A stretch of 63,261 nucleotides of DNA, filler included, from Phoronis australis (Eukaryota > Animalia > Phoronida), in assembly GCA_002633005.1 (NCBI GenBank). It is 5 parts of 5 records of this genome, joined end to end, with 100 filler letters (N's around TTAATTAATTAA, not from the genome) between each part and the next. Parts side by side here need not be neighbours in the genome. Positions count along the whole stretch, not along the records: positions 1 to 20,529 come from NMRA01000624.1; 4 more parts are not named here. One strand, given 5' to 3'. The position numbers and the translations under genes are program-made. The first letter of the stretch is position 1. The number at the start of each line of letters is the position of its first letter. This document shows, piece after piece, positions 1 to 12,865 of the stretch. The notes under the pieces were generated by a model that had not been told where the DNA came from, did not search any database, and worked only from the letters and a program-made list of their open reading frames with translations.

Positions 1-699
1 CACAGGGGATCTGAATTTGAATTTAAATATATGCTATTTCCGGTGCAAAACCAATGTAACTACAGATATTTTCGACTGAGATTGCTTAGACGTCAGCACA
101 CACGATGCCACTTATTCTCAGGATGTCTAAAGCTTTTTGTATCGGAGGCAAATCATCGTGCCAATCCAAACCACGCACGTGACAGTATTTTTGTCACGTG
201 ATGAGGCGGCTTCTTGTACAACAGAACTACCATTCGGTATACCTTGGTACTACTTGCCATGTCCTGGCGTCTGCTTTATGAAAAATGACTTCAAACGTAT
301 AGGACATAATCAATGTTACGGCCAGAACACATTTCTGGGTTTGTCGTTGGATGGTTATTAGGTTTGACCACAAAAACAATAAATTAACTAAAAAGATTAT
401 TGTCACGGTGTGACGATAATGCGTTTACTGGAATTGTTATGGGAAGTTATTGACAACTACCCGTTTTACAATATGAAAAAGAATTCTTTAAAACTGTAGT
501 AGAAATTACATGTTGAAAATTACATAACCTTTGCACCCTTTTGGTGCCTAATGAGCCCTGATGAGGGAATAAATGTAAACTGCATGAAAAAAAAAGTGTG
601 GTTAGTGCTAAGAATCAAAATTTCAGAAGAAAAATGCACCTAGTGACCTCATGGTTGCACCAAATGACCTGAAACTTCAAAATTCAAACTCAATTGAAA

Positions 700-945
700 A
701 TAATACAACACTTTTTTCAAGAACTCGATGTATTTATAAGGGTTTTACATCGAATTTTTATGATTTATTGGCGTAAAACAAATAGTTCATACGTGTTATG
801 AACTGCTGAACAGACTGCTTTCGAACCTGTGACGTCACTGGTTAATTTCAACACCGTCGTCTGCAGTCAAGTGTCAGGTAAAAAAAATGAAGTTGCTGTT
901 ATCGAGTGAAACTACTCGATCTAAATTGATATGTGGCATTCTCTT
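700..945 (-). mobile_element. Terminal fragment of the Kolobok-family element (same family as 36568-39521 and 51911-53879), inverted
   Basis: The reverse complement aligns to the first ~280 nt of the 51911 copy. It ends GTGGCATTCTCTT followed by TTAA (946-949). Confidence 0.75.
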
Positions 946-2456
946 TTAACATGATTGTACTAACTGTTACAATACTTTACTCAGACTGTCAGATAGCACT
1001 TTGGCTCCCCTTTGACAGCAGAAATTGTGTTTTCTAGGAAAAGCTCTGTCAAAGATGGCGCAAAATTATTAAACACCCCTGTGAGTGTAAATGAGCAAGA
1101 GCACAGCTGTCAATTACTTCCACCTGGTCTCTAGGCAAAACTATGCGAATAAACGCGAGTCTACTGAGAGATGCAAACCAAGGGTCGCAATAATGAATGG
1201 CCTGTTTTGCTAAAGCAGCCTCTTGTCAAGACGCGTCAAACGCAGTGCCGGATTAATATCTTGGCCTAACCCATGGGGTCATCAGTGTATAAACAAACAT
1301 TTGTAATCGTGCCTTTGCAGCGGAATCATTCGTTAGAAACCGCACCTTGGCCCTATGGCCTTGAATATTTGAAATAAAAAAATGTCTGGCCGTTATATAA
1401 TTTTCTGCGTAGATTTGGCCGTGCACTGACTAATCTGCAGCCATAGGTCATTTAGAATAATTTACAACTAGGACCCACAAAACACGTTATTGAGTTATAG
1501 TTCATATCCAACATGACACCAGTTAGTTTACCTAGCGGATTTTAACAGAATCCAGCGCATTAATTTTAAACGAGATCGAAACATAATTAAGTTTTAAAAA
1601 TACCCAAACCTTTTGTTTTTGTTATAGTGGTTATTTGTAACTTAAGTAAATCGCAACCTGGCTTCGTGTTTGTTAAGTACAATAATTGCATCTGCTGAAA
1701 ACTACAAAAAATCTCTCTGTTATTTTCATAATCTATGACCGAGAGAAACATGTGTATTAGACTACATTTACTATCAAACAACATCTATGTGCCCGTAAAT
1801 ACTTGGTAATTGTTTATTTAAAAATAGGTTTCGATTGCTGGTATTTCTGTTGTTTGTGGGTAAATCTAACCTCATTGGTTTAACGGCTGATCAAGGGAAT
1901 TACAATTATTTCTTCAGATGTACACGCATGCAAAAATTCAAATCACCGACTAGGTTATCATCGATATACATTCGACATTAGTCATAAGTAATATATTAAT
2001 AGTTTGCGATTCAATAAGCGTCTCCAGCTTGACACAAGCACCCAAACACACATAAAAATCGAGTCCACCCAGGTAATTCGCCATACAAACAGACACCTCG
2101 CCTCACTTTATAGAACCAAAGTAAACAAGCACTTCATAGGACGGTCTCATATAACACAGCGACACAGTGGTATTTACCCACAACGCTGCAACTTCAGCCA
2201 AGCAGTTCTCTGGCTTCGTTTTCGCGCCTTTGTTTTTTTTCCATTTTTTTTCTCGACTGTATTCATCCAATACCAGCGCAGTATTACTGCTGTGCTATCA
2301 TGAGCTTAACTCAGACAGAAAGATGGATAAACTTGATAAGTATCCGTGGATGCAATATTTTCCGACATAATTAATAAAATTCGCCCGTCATCTCTAAAAT
2401 GAGGTCAACGTAAGAACGTGTTTTCCTACCTCCAGGACAAAAGGGGCCTCTATCCT

Positions 2457-2608
2457 GGCGTGCGTTCAGTAACGCTAGGACCTACGCTAGGACCTAGCTA
2501 AAATTTAGCTACAGTCACGTGTTCTGATTTAAAATACACTGCAATATCTCACATAATCTCGCGAAGTCTTGCTTTTTAGCGAGGTCCTGGGGTTACTGAA
2601 CGGGAGGC
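2457..2608. mobile_element. ~150-bp MITE; family also at ~8270-8397 and ~57224-57354
   Basis: Inverted termini CGTTCAGTAAC / GTTACTGAACG. The internal AGGACCTCGCTAAAAAGCAAGA..GTGTATTTTAAA block recurs in three places. Confidence 0.7.
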
Positions 2609-3089
2609 TGGACAGTCCTGTTGTACTCACGCTGTCTCATGGGCTCATGCCTACTTTCCGGGGCATGCGTATTAGGAATGTGAAAGCACACTTGATCAGC
2701 AATCCTTCCCATTCGAGGCTCGATTCTGAATCGGTATCGTCTCTGAGTACTGACAAATTGTAGGTAGGTGCATTAGTTTTAAAAGTTAATTAGACAGAAT
2801 TTGACAGAAGTTTGCCGAGCTTGGATAAATATCTTGCCAGAATTATTTAACAATGTAGTTGAACTTTTGTCTCAATAAAATAATGTTCTTGTTGATTTTT
2901 TGCCGCAGTCGAAGTGACATTTTGCACCTAACCATTTATTCATCTAATGGACTTGCGCACTAGGCAGCAAGTTTGCGTGATTTCAACAACGTGGATGGGC
3001 TATCACCCGTCAAGATACTGTATAACGTAGATTTAGCCAGAAATGAAATGGACTCTAATCGAAAGGAAATTAATGTTAGTCGCTGTTTT

Positions 3090-3450
3090 ATGAATCGAAA
3101 ATTTTTTAATTCCGGAGTTGTCTTGTTCATTTTGAAAATTTATTGCACGACCGGTGACTCATCAGACGACACTCTGAGAATAAGAGTGGTTCAAAATCCA
3201 GTTATTGTGTTTCCACAGATGACAGCATGCTGTTCTGTAGTATAATATTAAGATTTTGGCGGGGCCGAGGAGACTTCACCTCATTTAAGCCAATGTTTAA
3301 ATTAGTTTGCGAGATCACAAAATCCATTTCACTGTCTTACAAGCGATTGGGATTCCAGGATTTTCTTTAGCGGCGATGTCGACGTCAAGTCGTCGAAATG
3401 TTACAAAACGGCTAGAAAAACCAACAAGAATGAAACTTGAGGAAGATACT
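3090..3450 (+). CDS. Putative first two coding exons (signal peptide + propeptide) of a secreted protein, possibly the CAP gene below
   Basis: Exons 3090-3153 (MNRKFFNSGVVLFILKIYCTT, G|gtgact) and 3371-3450 (tttag|, AAMSTSSRRNVTKRLEKPTRMKLEEDT, |gtatgt) are phase-compatible. No homology was recognised, so the link to the CAP gene is only an inference. Confidence 0.3.
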
Positions 3451-4652
3451 GTATGTCTTGTAACAGTCAGGCCCGTAGCCAGGGGGGTTTCGGTCGAACC
3501 CCCCTCCGAGGAAAAGGTCCAACCCTAGCCTATCCGATAGGATATATAAGATTTACTAAATGGACAAAAAATTGTTGTAACTACAAGGTCTACTAACCAA
3601 AATCATAATCATTAATTTTGAATTTACTTCTGATGTAAAGCGCTTCACATAATCATCGGGTCGTATCCGATGACGATAAGAGGAGGCTTTAGTTATTCAT
3701 CGGCATTGAAAGCGCTAGGTCTCTACACCATAGGGTAACAAGGAAGTCTAGAAGTAAATGTCTATGCCTAGCCCAAACTTAATAGCATTGAGAGAGATCC
3801 CCAAAAGTAGTGCAGTGTCAATGCCTTTAAAATCGACCAAGAAACAAAACAAAACAGCAGAAAATGGGTTTGTTATTTGCTACCATGTTGTACTTTCTAG
3901 CGTAGTATGGATAAAGTGCAGGCATTTTCAAATTTCGAATTTAAAGTGATCGCCAAATATCTTGAACATCAAGGGTCCACTTTGATTGTGGATTGGTGGA
4001 TTGACATGCATGCGTGTACACGTGTCTGCGTTTCCGTTCTTTTAAATTCAGTACACGCCGGGGCAGGGTAGCTTACTAACTACATTTAGTTTTGACCAGG
4101 CCGTGCGAGTAGTTCAGTGCGTGAGGTTGAAGCGCAGCGGCCCTAAACTTTTCTGTCGCGCTGTGAGATGATGCGATTTTGACATGAGATTGAATGTATC
4201 GTGGTGGTATTTTTATCAACATTCCTACTTCATATTCTTTTATAAATGCAAGTTCGTACTCATTTATCCGTATTCGTAAGACATGCGGGCAATTCACATG
4301 GACCTGGAATCCAAACAAAGTGATTTATTAGCCAGGTGTAAAGTGGTAAGTATAGTTGCATCTAATAACCGCCTGTAAAAGTACAGCAATTACAAGTGAT
4401 TTAGAAATTTTAAACATTTTCGGAGAAATGAAGCTTAGGAGTGGTGAACATTCGAAGTAATGAACCTTCAGAATAGTGAACTGGCGGAATAGTGGTCTGT
4501 TCCCGTTTCCAGCGATGTAAGCAAATACTATCCGATGAAAAATTACGTCAAGCCATCCTCTGACTAAATACTTCCATCGGAGTATGTGATGAGGTGTAAT
4601 CACTCAGTTAACAAAGCCGATTTGAAAGTTTGGCAGTAGGTAGGCCTAACGC

Positions 4653-6025
4653 CATGTGGAGAACTTTTCGCTTAAACTGGTCACCGCTCACATTCCCTTA
4701 GCCCCAGACAACTTTTATGATGCCTATTCAGCACGCCCTTTGTATTGACGTAGATCTGAGCTAATGAAGTCGAAAGGTAACAGTTATCACTACTGTCTCA
4801 CACCCAAATTTGTTTTCTATGGCATTTGCACAAAGTTCCAGCCTGCAACTGTAGAAGGCAGTTTTAACTACGTTTTAAATATTACAAAATGACTGAAAAA
4901 GTTAATTTGTGTTTATCTTGACCATGGGCAACTTCCCAAAGGAACGATGGTTTCAAATATGTTTCACACCGGTTTTTGTTATTTCATTTTAATACTCATG
5001 GGGTTTTTTTCTTACCAGGAACAGGTTGATATCTTTTTATTATATTTTAAACTTAGAGTACCAAAAACAGTAGTAGATTTCATGCGCACACCCAGGCTTC
5101 AATATGAGAGGGCTCGAATTCTCAACCTTGTGGACCTTTTGCTAACAAAAGAGCGGGCGGATTAAAAAAAAAAACTATTGCACCTGTGTGAATTCCGTGT
5201 TTGCGCTTATTTAGTGGGCTTTTGTCCCATTTTCTCGGATTTTTTTGTCTCTCGGGGGCGGACCTTTTTGCCCCCCTGGGTGCGCGCATGGATTTAATCG
5301 CTAGCAAAACTTAATTAGTTTAGCTAATTGTGAACCCATCCCTGAACTTTCCAGATTACAGCTACACTAAACATGTCATAGCGAACAAAACAACACGTGT
5401 CATTAGTTCAAGTTTAATCGTTATTAGAACTCAAATCATAAAATATATACAAAAGTGCAAATGATGATAGCCAAACGGAAGATTTGGAATCTCTGGACCA
5501 TTTCGGTTGCACTAACTACATAACTATTCTAGATTTTTGTCAGCTATAAAAATATAGAGTGGGCACAAGTTAAATACAACTGTTTCCTAGTCAAAAACCT
5601 GTTTAAACGAGATTGAAAGAATATTAAAAGAATAATCCTTGTGATATATTGTTAACTCTGGTCAGCGTTTGTAAATCCCCCGATTGTATGGATGCGCTTG
5701 GTCGTTTATCTTCAGTCGTACCCAATGTTTGTAGTTTTTAGCTTTAAGTTGATCGATTTTTCAAAATCCAAAACCTTGCTTGCTTGTTTTTCCAGCTGAA
5801 TACTGCCGTGGTATTCCTTTTTTTTACAACAATTATTTATTAATTTGCATTTTGAAAATTCGCCGTTATGTACAGGTAGTGATGATTACGACAGTTTATG
5901 GTTGTGTAATTACACTTAATTGGGTCTTGCTCACGCAGGACAATGCGGTCAACACAACCGTAGCCGACAAGGGCGCCGCACTTTCTTTGATCTTGGTGAC
6001 AGCCGCTCAGAAGGAAGGGCGGTGA
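4653..6025. repeat. Dispersed repeat; second copy at ~37444-38365 inside Kolobok copy 1
   Basis: Colinear similarity, e.g. GCCCCAGACAACTTT..TGTATTGA(C/T)GTAGATCTGAGCTAATGAAG, GAAGATTTGGAATCTC and GCCGCTCAGAAGGA. Confidence 0.85.
5081..5290. mobile_element. MITE with 16-bp TIR and 5-bp TSD (GATTT); relatives at ~32174-32425 and ~50853-51120
   Basis: Termini CATGCGCACACCCAGG ... CCTGGGTGCGCGCATG, with GATTT on both sides. The empty site is visible in the paralogous repeat at ~37870 (GATAGATTTTAATCG). Confidence 0.85.
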
Positions 6026-6029
6026 TTGT

Positions 6030-6900
6030 AAGCGCATTATTATGGCGAGAACGGTAGTCCATATTGATGGATCACATTACGTACGAATCTGATCCCTGTT
6101 GTTTGCGAGCAACCGTCATGACATCTTCATTTCTGGTATTACAAATTCCGTCTTATCTCAAGAACACAGAGCTGAGAGCCATCGTTGCCGTGGATACAGA
6201 TTTCCCTTCCCCATAATCAACTTGCGTCAAGCGCCTTACCAAGAACTCAAGTGTTGACGCTTGCAAAAGGTCCATCTTTCTAGAAATTCGAACCACCCCC
6301 CGCCCAGTGCTGGCTACGTACCTGAACAGCCACACATCCTTTATGAACCGCGAGTACATACACCACCGACTGCCCGGTTTCTCTCTGGCATCTTGAAGAG
6401 ATTTCTGCTGCTTGTCTCGCGAGAAGATCGACACTTAGTTAAAGAGGCATTTCCCCGTTGTTAAGCTGTCAACATTGAATTCTTAACTCGAAGCACTTTG
6501 GAATTTAAACATCACCATGCTCATCCGATCCTGAACTGTTGCCGAAAAAGTCGCCAGCTCAAGTCAAAGCCAATGCGTACACGTGCCATTTTCAGATTGA
6601 CAATTTTACGGTCTAAAGGAACATGGCTATAGACGTATCGTTTACAAGACCTTGAGAAATTAAAACACCTACGTTTATTTACCAACCTACTAGCCTTCAA
6701 CGGGCAATAGTCTGACATAACGTGAGAACCAGTTTGATGCCCGTTATTTAGTGGAGAAAACTGGTTCTCAAAATGCTGGCACGTTATAGCAGACCATTGC
6801 TCTTCAAAGCATAGCACTATCGGACTGCAGTTCAACCGAACCTACCGAGTCTTCGGATTATCGACCATGTCGAGACCATAATATACACTGTATATTATGG
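6030..6900. pseudogene. Decayed coding sequence of unknown family; partial inverted paralog at ~19750-20050
   Basis: Translations of both copies align (RGVVRISRKMDLL / RGVV*ISKTMDIL; RNEDVMTVARK / RNEDAMTVTRR), with several synonymous third-position changes plus stops and indels. Coding strand is unresolved. Confidence 0.45.
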
Positions 6901-8397
6901 CTAACTTGTCTCTAAGATCCTGTTGCAATTACGCGTGGTTATTAATTGTCAAAAAGACGCTTCTTCATCACTGAATCGTAGATGATTAAAAATCATGACA
7001 AGATATCGATTTGTGTAATTTACCGTAAGCTTGCTGTCTTGGCAAATAAATATGACAACAACCAGAAAATGATTCGCCATTCTCGGACAGTTTGCTTCAC
7101 ATGTTTCATATCTTCCAATATCAACAGCTCCGAAACAGCACACGGACTAAACTAATGCACACATTACCATTTGATTCTTGGTATAAATCTTCATCGCATC
7201 ATAAATTTTGATGGCCATTGCAAAATACTTTATGGTTTACATGAATCCTAGAGTTCTAAGACTGGAAACTGAATCCATGGCAATATGGCTATGTCCCAAG
7301 TGCTACTCAGCTGCCGTTGCATGAATATAAAGTTACCACACAACTGTTTTATCAAGCTCAAACAAGGTTCACATTATCACGGTCAATCACTAAGCAATAA
7401 GAAACCAACTGAGAGAGGATGGAGTTGCATTTTTCGAAGAACAATTACTGTGGCTATAAAACTGATTTCGACTTTTTCCTTATTCAGATGAGAAATACTT
7501 TTGGCAGTTCATTATCGTTGAGACCATGTCAGGTGAATGAAATGGCGAACTGTGACAAGTCAACCTAAAGAAACTGTCTCAAGCAGTAAAAAATTGCTAG
7601 AAATTTTCAAGTCCAAAATTCACACCTATTTTCATTAAGGAACAATTCGAGATCAATTTCATACTAACGACACGTGGTCTAAATGAAAAGCTGGTTTTCG
7701 TGACAAAAGGCATGTCTATATCTACTTTAAATTCCAATAGAGCATAGAGTCTTTACAAGAGCAGACACAAACCTTTGATCCAGATTGTGAGGATGCACGT
7801 GACAAAGAAGATAAGGACAAGAGTGAACAACAGCTCTGAATCCCTGCAAGATGACAATAGTGACCTTAGTAAAAAGACATTCAGTTTAAGGTAAATACCT
7901 GCGGTTGGTATTGTGAGTTCTGAGTTAAATAAAATGTGAAATGTTACTCCATGAGATATTAAGGAAGTGAAATGGAACAATACCTCAAGGTTTCTTCAGG
8001 CGATCTGCTTCTATGACCAGTCTGGGATTCCTTCAAAGAAGTTTTATAGGAGGCTCGTCTAAACCACTCATTCTGAAAGTACAGATGACAAAGAAGGGTC
8101 TAAATACAAAAATTTGACTCATTTTACCAGGAGCAATCGCAACATTTAAGAATTTACATTAACTCAATTTATCATACATGTACCTTTGCGCTTAAAACAA
8201 CCAGTAGGCAAAATTTATAGCTGAGACAGTATCATCCTAAACTGATAGCCACATAAGAGACCGGGGCCCGCATCCCGTTCAGGACCTCGCTAAAAAGCAA
8301 GACTTCGCGAGATTACGTGAGATATTGCCGTGTATTTTAAATGAGAACACGTGACTTTGACTACGTTTTAGCTAGGTCCTAGTGTAGGTCATAGCGT

Positions 8398-9767
8398 CCG
8401 GTCTCCAATCTCCGTACTCAGACTCATACTCCCACTTCATACTCAACTCGAGTACAGTCTCATCTTCGGTGTATTCAATGCCATGCTCGAAAATTCTGTA
8501 CTCGAAATTTCGAGCACGTGCTCACTTTTCGAGTATACTCGAAGTGAAGTGTATTTTATCTGTATTTCGAGTAAGATTTTGAGTAAAATTCCGAGTATAT
8601 GCTCCAAATGCCAAGTTTCGCTTGGTATTGTGCTTAAAATTGTACTCCAAAATAAGTAGAGAAGAAAATATGGAAAGACCACTGAGGGAAACAGCAAATC
8701 TTTAGAAAATTCAAGTCCTCATACCATATTTCAGCGCTTCAGTTTTAGTTCAGAGGCAATAGTTTTCGTTTTAAATCTTCTTCATCTTATTAACCCGCCG
8801 TACCACTGCATTTCATTGCCGCCAATTTATGAACTCCTTCTTGCTGTACGATTCCTGGCAACAGGCGCTTTCTAATCCTATCAGAGAATATCAAAGTTTT
8901 GACATCAGCGTAAGCCTACACAGCAGTGAGTTCTATGTGAAGACTATATATGATTAGCAAGCGAAAGAGCATTAGTACATGGGTTGTACAAGTGTTGACT
9001 CGTGTATCGGCTGACGTGGGCAACCGGCTAACTAGGGAAGAACTCCGCGGTTGGCAATTAAGGGCCAAACCTTTGAAATTCGACCTCATCTCAAAGAAAA
9101 TGTGCAATTCGAACTCTCCTTAAAAATGTTGGTTGTGCACCTGCGATATGGTGCCTGACACCCGAGGCCGGTGTCATCGGCTCCCCACTGCATCACTGAG
9201 AAAGAAAATTTAACATGCCGTCAATACTTGGTGTGACCATGCCAATTTTAAGAGTAAATGCGTCAAGTTTAGGGAATCATGAACCCCTTTTGCCCCCCCN
9301 CACTGACACTGTAGCTGCTCCGCTCCGGCCGTGACTTTGATGCGATGAGCTGTTACAAATTTCTTAAGACATTTTCGGGAGATAAGGAACGCAAAAAGTA
9401 AAGCTTAATAATTGGCAAATGTAACAAGAAGTCTATAATTTTTGGTATGAGAATTTTGTATCGTAACTGAAAAAATGAATAACAATTACAGATTACTCAT
9501 CTTTCCACGATATACTCGACAGCAGACGATAATGTAGTTGCTAGGGTAGCTTACGCGAATAGGGGTTGCTGAATCAGCGCAACTGTGCGTGATTTTGCAT
9601 TTCACATCATAAAGAGTTCCATAGCAACTCGTGTGCGATTTGAGTACGTTTGGAGTCTGCTCGAAATGGGACATTAAATACGTTACGAGTACGACTCCAG
9701 TGAGCACGAGTTTGAGTATGAAATCTTGAGTATGAGTATGAGACTGAGGACGGAGATTGGAGACCGG
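8398..9767. mobile_element. Non-autonomous DNA transposon with ~35-60-bp TIRs, abutting a truncated MITE copy
   Basis: CCGGTCTCCAATCTCCGTACTCAGACTCATACTC ... GAGTATGAGACTGAGGACGGAGATTGGAGACCGG, with many internal (T)ACTCG/CGAGTA subterminal motifs. A related terminus lies at ~15795-15810. Confidence 0.8.
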
Positions 9768-10358
9768 GCTCATGCTTACACCAGAGCTTATAGCGTCATC
9801 TCTGTGTTCGATACACAACTGGAAAATTGAGCAATTCCATGACATGAGTAAACTTACAGATTTGTACTCTAATCATGAGACTTGATTGGCTAATTTTCTG
9901 AGGTTGTGGGTTCAAGTAATGTGCTTGAACCATGCAGTCTGCAAGTAACCATTTTGTCATAACCAGCACAGTCTGAGATGGAAATACAGAGAAAAAGTGG
10001 CTATCATTAACTGAATAAGCTTCAGTTTGGCACACCTATTCTTTCTTTTAAGAGAGATCATCAACTTACGGTTACATGGGCATGTGTAGGTGCTCTGTAT
10101 TCTCACAACTCTAAAATGTAAAGCAAAACTAATTAGATATTCTCAAGTATAGCCATGTTGACCAAGAAACACCACCACTGTACTCAGTACGACCAACAGG
10201 GATGTGAACTTTCTAAAAAAGGTATTGGCATGGCCAGGTGATGGAGAGTGGACAGCATGTCCTTAACACATCCCACAAACTTCTGACCCCCTCCCCAAGG
10301 ACAATTCTTTACATTAACTGCTACATGTACACTGTTTTGCTTGCTGAAATCGACCTAA

Positions 10359-10875
10359 AAGCCCTTTCATACTAACTTAACTCCGGTCTAAGCAGAGCGT
10401 CAACGCAAACTGCGAAGTTAACTGAACCGCTCATACCGGCTTTGGTAGTAAACGGACATCGAAGTAAATAGTAGCTGACGATGTTGCCATCGAAGTAATC
10501 TCAACGTAGTGCAGATGCATCGAGTGCACGCTTAAGATTTTTTAATGTGATAATTTGGGAACATTGGCATGTGTTAATTGACACAAAACCTACTTCTAAT
10601 TCGATTGGTGATCATTCGAGTAAAATATGAGCAACTATTAGCGACGGCACTGCCCTGTAATTGTTGACGATAACAGTGGCCCCTGGTGATAACTTCGATG
10701 GGACCGAAGTTGACTGTTCAACTGCACCGCAGAGTCGACGCTCCGCTGTTAAAGCCACCTGTTTAAGGCGAAATTAACTGGCGCTGATAACTTCCATCCA
10801 TTACCGAAGTTAACAGTCCATACCGACTGCAACTCGCCAAAACATCGACGCGTCGACGTCAGTATGAAATGGTCT
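10359..10875. mobile_element. PIF/Harbinger (Tourist-like) MITE
   Basis: 15-bp imperfect TIR (AAGCCCTTTCATACT / AGTATGAAATGGTCT, 12/15) flanked by TAA on both sides, with internal repeated CGAAGTTAAC motifs. Confidence 0.7.
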
Positions 10876-11915
10876 TAACAGTTGAAGCAAAAGTAACTAA
10901 TCTGGGCCAGCGTGAATCAGTATTAGTAATCGCAACAAATCGCAGAGCAAAACCTGACAGCTGATCAAATTCTCTCCCTTCAAAATGATTCGGGTCTGAT
11001 GCACGCCGGCTGAGATCAGTTACCCATCAGTGAATGCTCTGAGCGTGAATATGAGCAAAATGATCCTGTCCTTTCAGAGTCGAAAATATTTTCTATTTCC
11101 CTGCTGGGGATCCCATTTTTACGTATACATGTCACGGTTTGACCTGTTGTTACCACCACTATTTCAGATAAGCTTGAGATCATAGGAACAATGATATTTC
11201 TTTCGTTACTATGCCGCCTCTTTTTAAGCTAAAGGCTCGCCCTTCTCAAAAGCGATATTTTACTGTTGTTTTGGCAAAATCTGTCAACCTGCCGGCAAAT
11301 AAATGCGTGCTTTTATTTCCTTCCACCACAATTTTTTACGAAATTGTCATTCGTAACTAAATTGGTAGACAGTACCCGCCGGCATCAGAAACTTTAGTTT
11401 TGCTCCTTTTGTGTGAAGCAAGGCAATTACTGCATTAACGATGACTCTAAGGCGATAAAATACTGGCCGAAATAAACCAAACTATCGTGGACTAAAACTG
11501 GCGTTTTTTTCTATCAAATTGGCTTCCAAAATTGAATGCTCCATGAAAATTTTTGTTATTGTCGTTCGATCCCGAAGAAATACGATAGATATTAGCCAAA
11601 TACGATGTCATTGTTGTTCTTACCAAGGGAAGTGTGTTTACTGTAATTTCGGATACACAATTGGTTTATGAGCGCCAACAAAAGATTGCAAGTACGCTTT
11701 AACGATAAAAAAAATGTTACCTGATCTTGGATACCCCTTTCGTGTGGAGTTGAAACTGTACGTTGTTCATTTTTTACTATACCATAAAACTACTCATGTT
11801 AAAAACATGGAAAGCGCATAGAGACACATCTATCAAGTCGACCTGGAACATTTGATAGAATTTCATTCACACAGTCCGTGTGACAAACACCTTGCAAACT
11901 CATGAAATACATCGC

Positions 11916-12082
11916 TTTCGTAAAATGTAACAATGGTACATTTCTCGCATGTGCATTGGACATAAATTGTAACGGTTACATCAAATGTAACAACATGTTA
12001 CATTTTAGGAGAGGCCTGGCATCGTAAAATGTAACAATGGCATAAAATGTAACAATTGTTACATTTTACGAAATAGTATACA
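11916..12082. repeat. Cluster of direct/inverted AAAATGTAACA motifs, probably a DNA-transposon subterminal region
   Basis: At least six copies of AAATGTAACA / TGTTACATTTT, ending ...GAAATAGTATACA. Confidence 0.5.
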
Positions 12083-12865
12083 GTGGCTGCGGTGGAAGAA
12101 TCTCCAGTTGGTCAGCTGTGGTCACCGAATTATCCGATTCCCCTCATGGCACTCACTGAGTATAGATCCATTTAGCTCTCTAATTTTGTGTGCAACCAAA
12201 GGATTTGAGTAACAATAAGAACGTCAGAACGAGGACATGTAGCTGGAGAAGGAGATCATAGCGTCTGCTCAGCGTCAAATCTGAATATACTTGTTCAGCG
12301 AACGCTCAGAATGCTCTGCTATTCGAATGCATGCAGGTCGCGTTACTTACTTGTGCAAAAGTAAAAATAAATCCCTGCACACACTAATGTGGTCATTTAA
12401 CACTTCAATTGCAGAGTGAAGCAATGCATCGATTTGTAGACCAAGTAACGCTAGAGCCGTGCACGGGTTATAGTCAGTAAGTAAGTAAACAAACAAACAA
12501 ATTAATAAGTTGTTTCTTANAGACATTCTGAGTAAAAGCAGTTTGACCAATGCGAAACTTTAACAAAAGCACTGATGGCATGTCTCGAATTTGCCACAGT
12601 TATGACTCTCAAAGCTGACCGGATATGCCGAGTTTAATTTTGCAACGACTCTTTCAGTTTTTGCCTCAGTCGGCCTACACGTAACCCGCGGGGGCTGGCT
12701 TCAAAGAGACTGAAATCTAGTTCTGAGGGGAAATTTGTTATGTTGCCTAATTTGTATAAGTGAACGTTATTTGTGGAGCATTTTTTGTAGAAGATTGCTA
12801 ATCCTGGATAGTATATTACCATTGTTCTGCTAAATACATTGTTTGTGATATTTCTCATACCTGAG

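Noticed and set aside
7210-8090. Coding-looking purine-rich stretch (includes WLCPKC)
   Set aside because: Stops occur in all frames and no family was recognised; unresolved without a search.
10940-12470. Candidates for the missing CAP N-terminal exons (QILSLQND..NMSKM at ~10965-11060; LMW..C at ~12380-12460)
   Set aside because: The motifs fall in different frames or contain stops, and they lack convincing splice sites.
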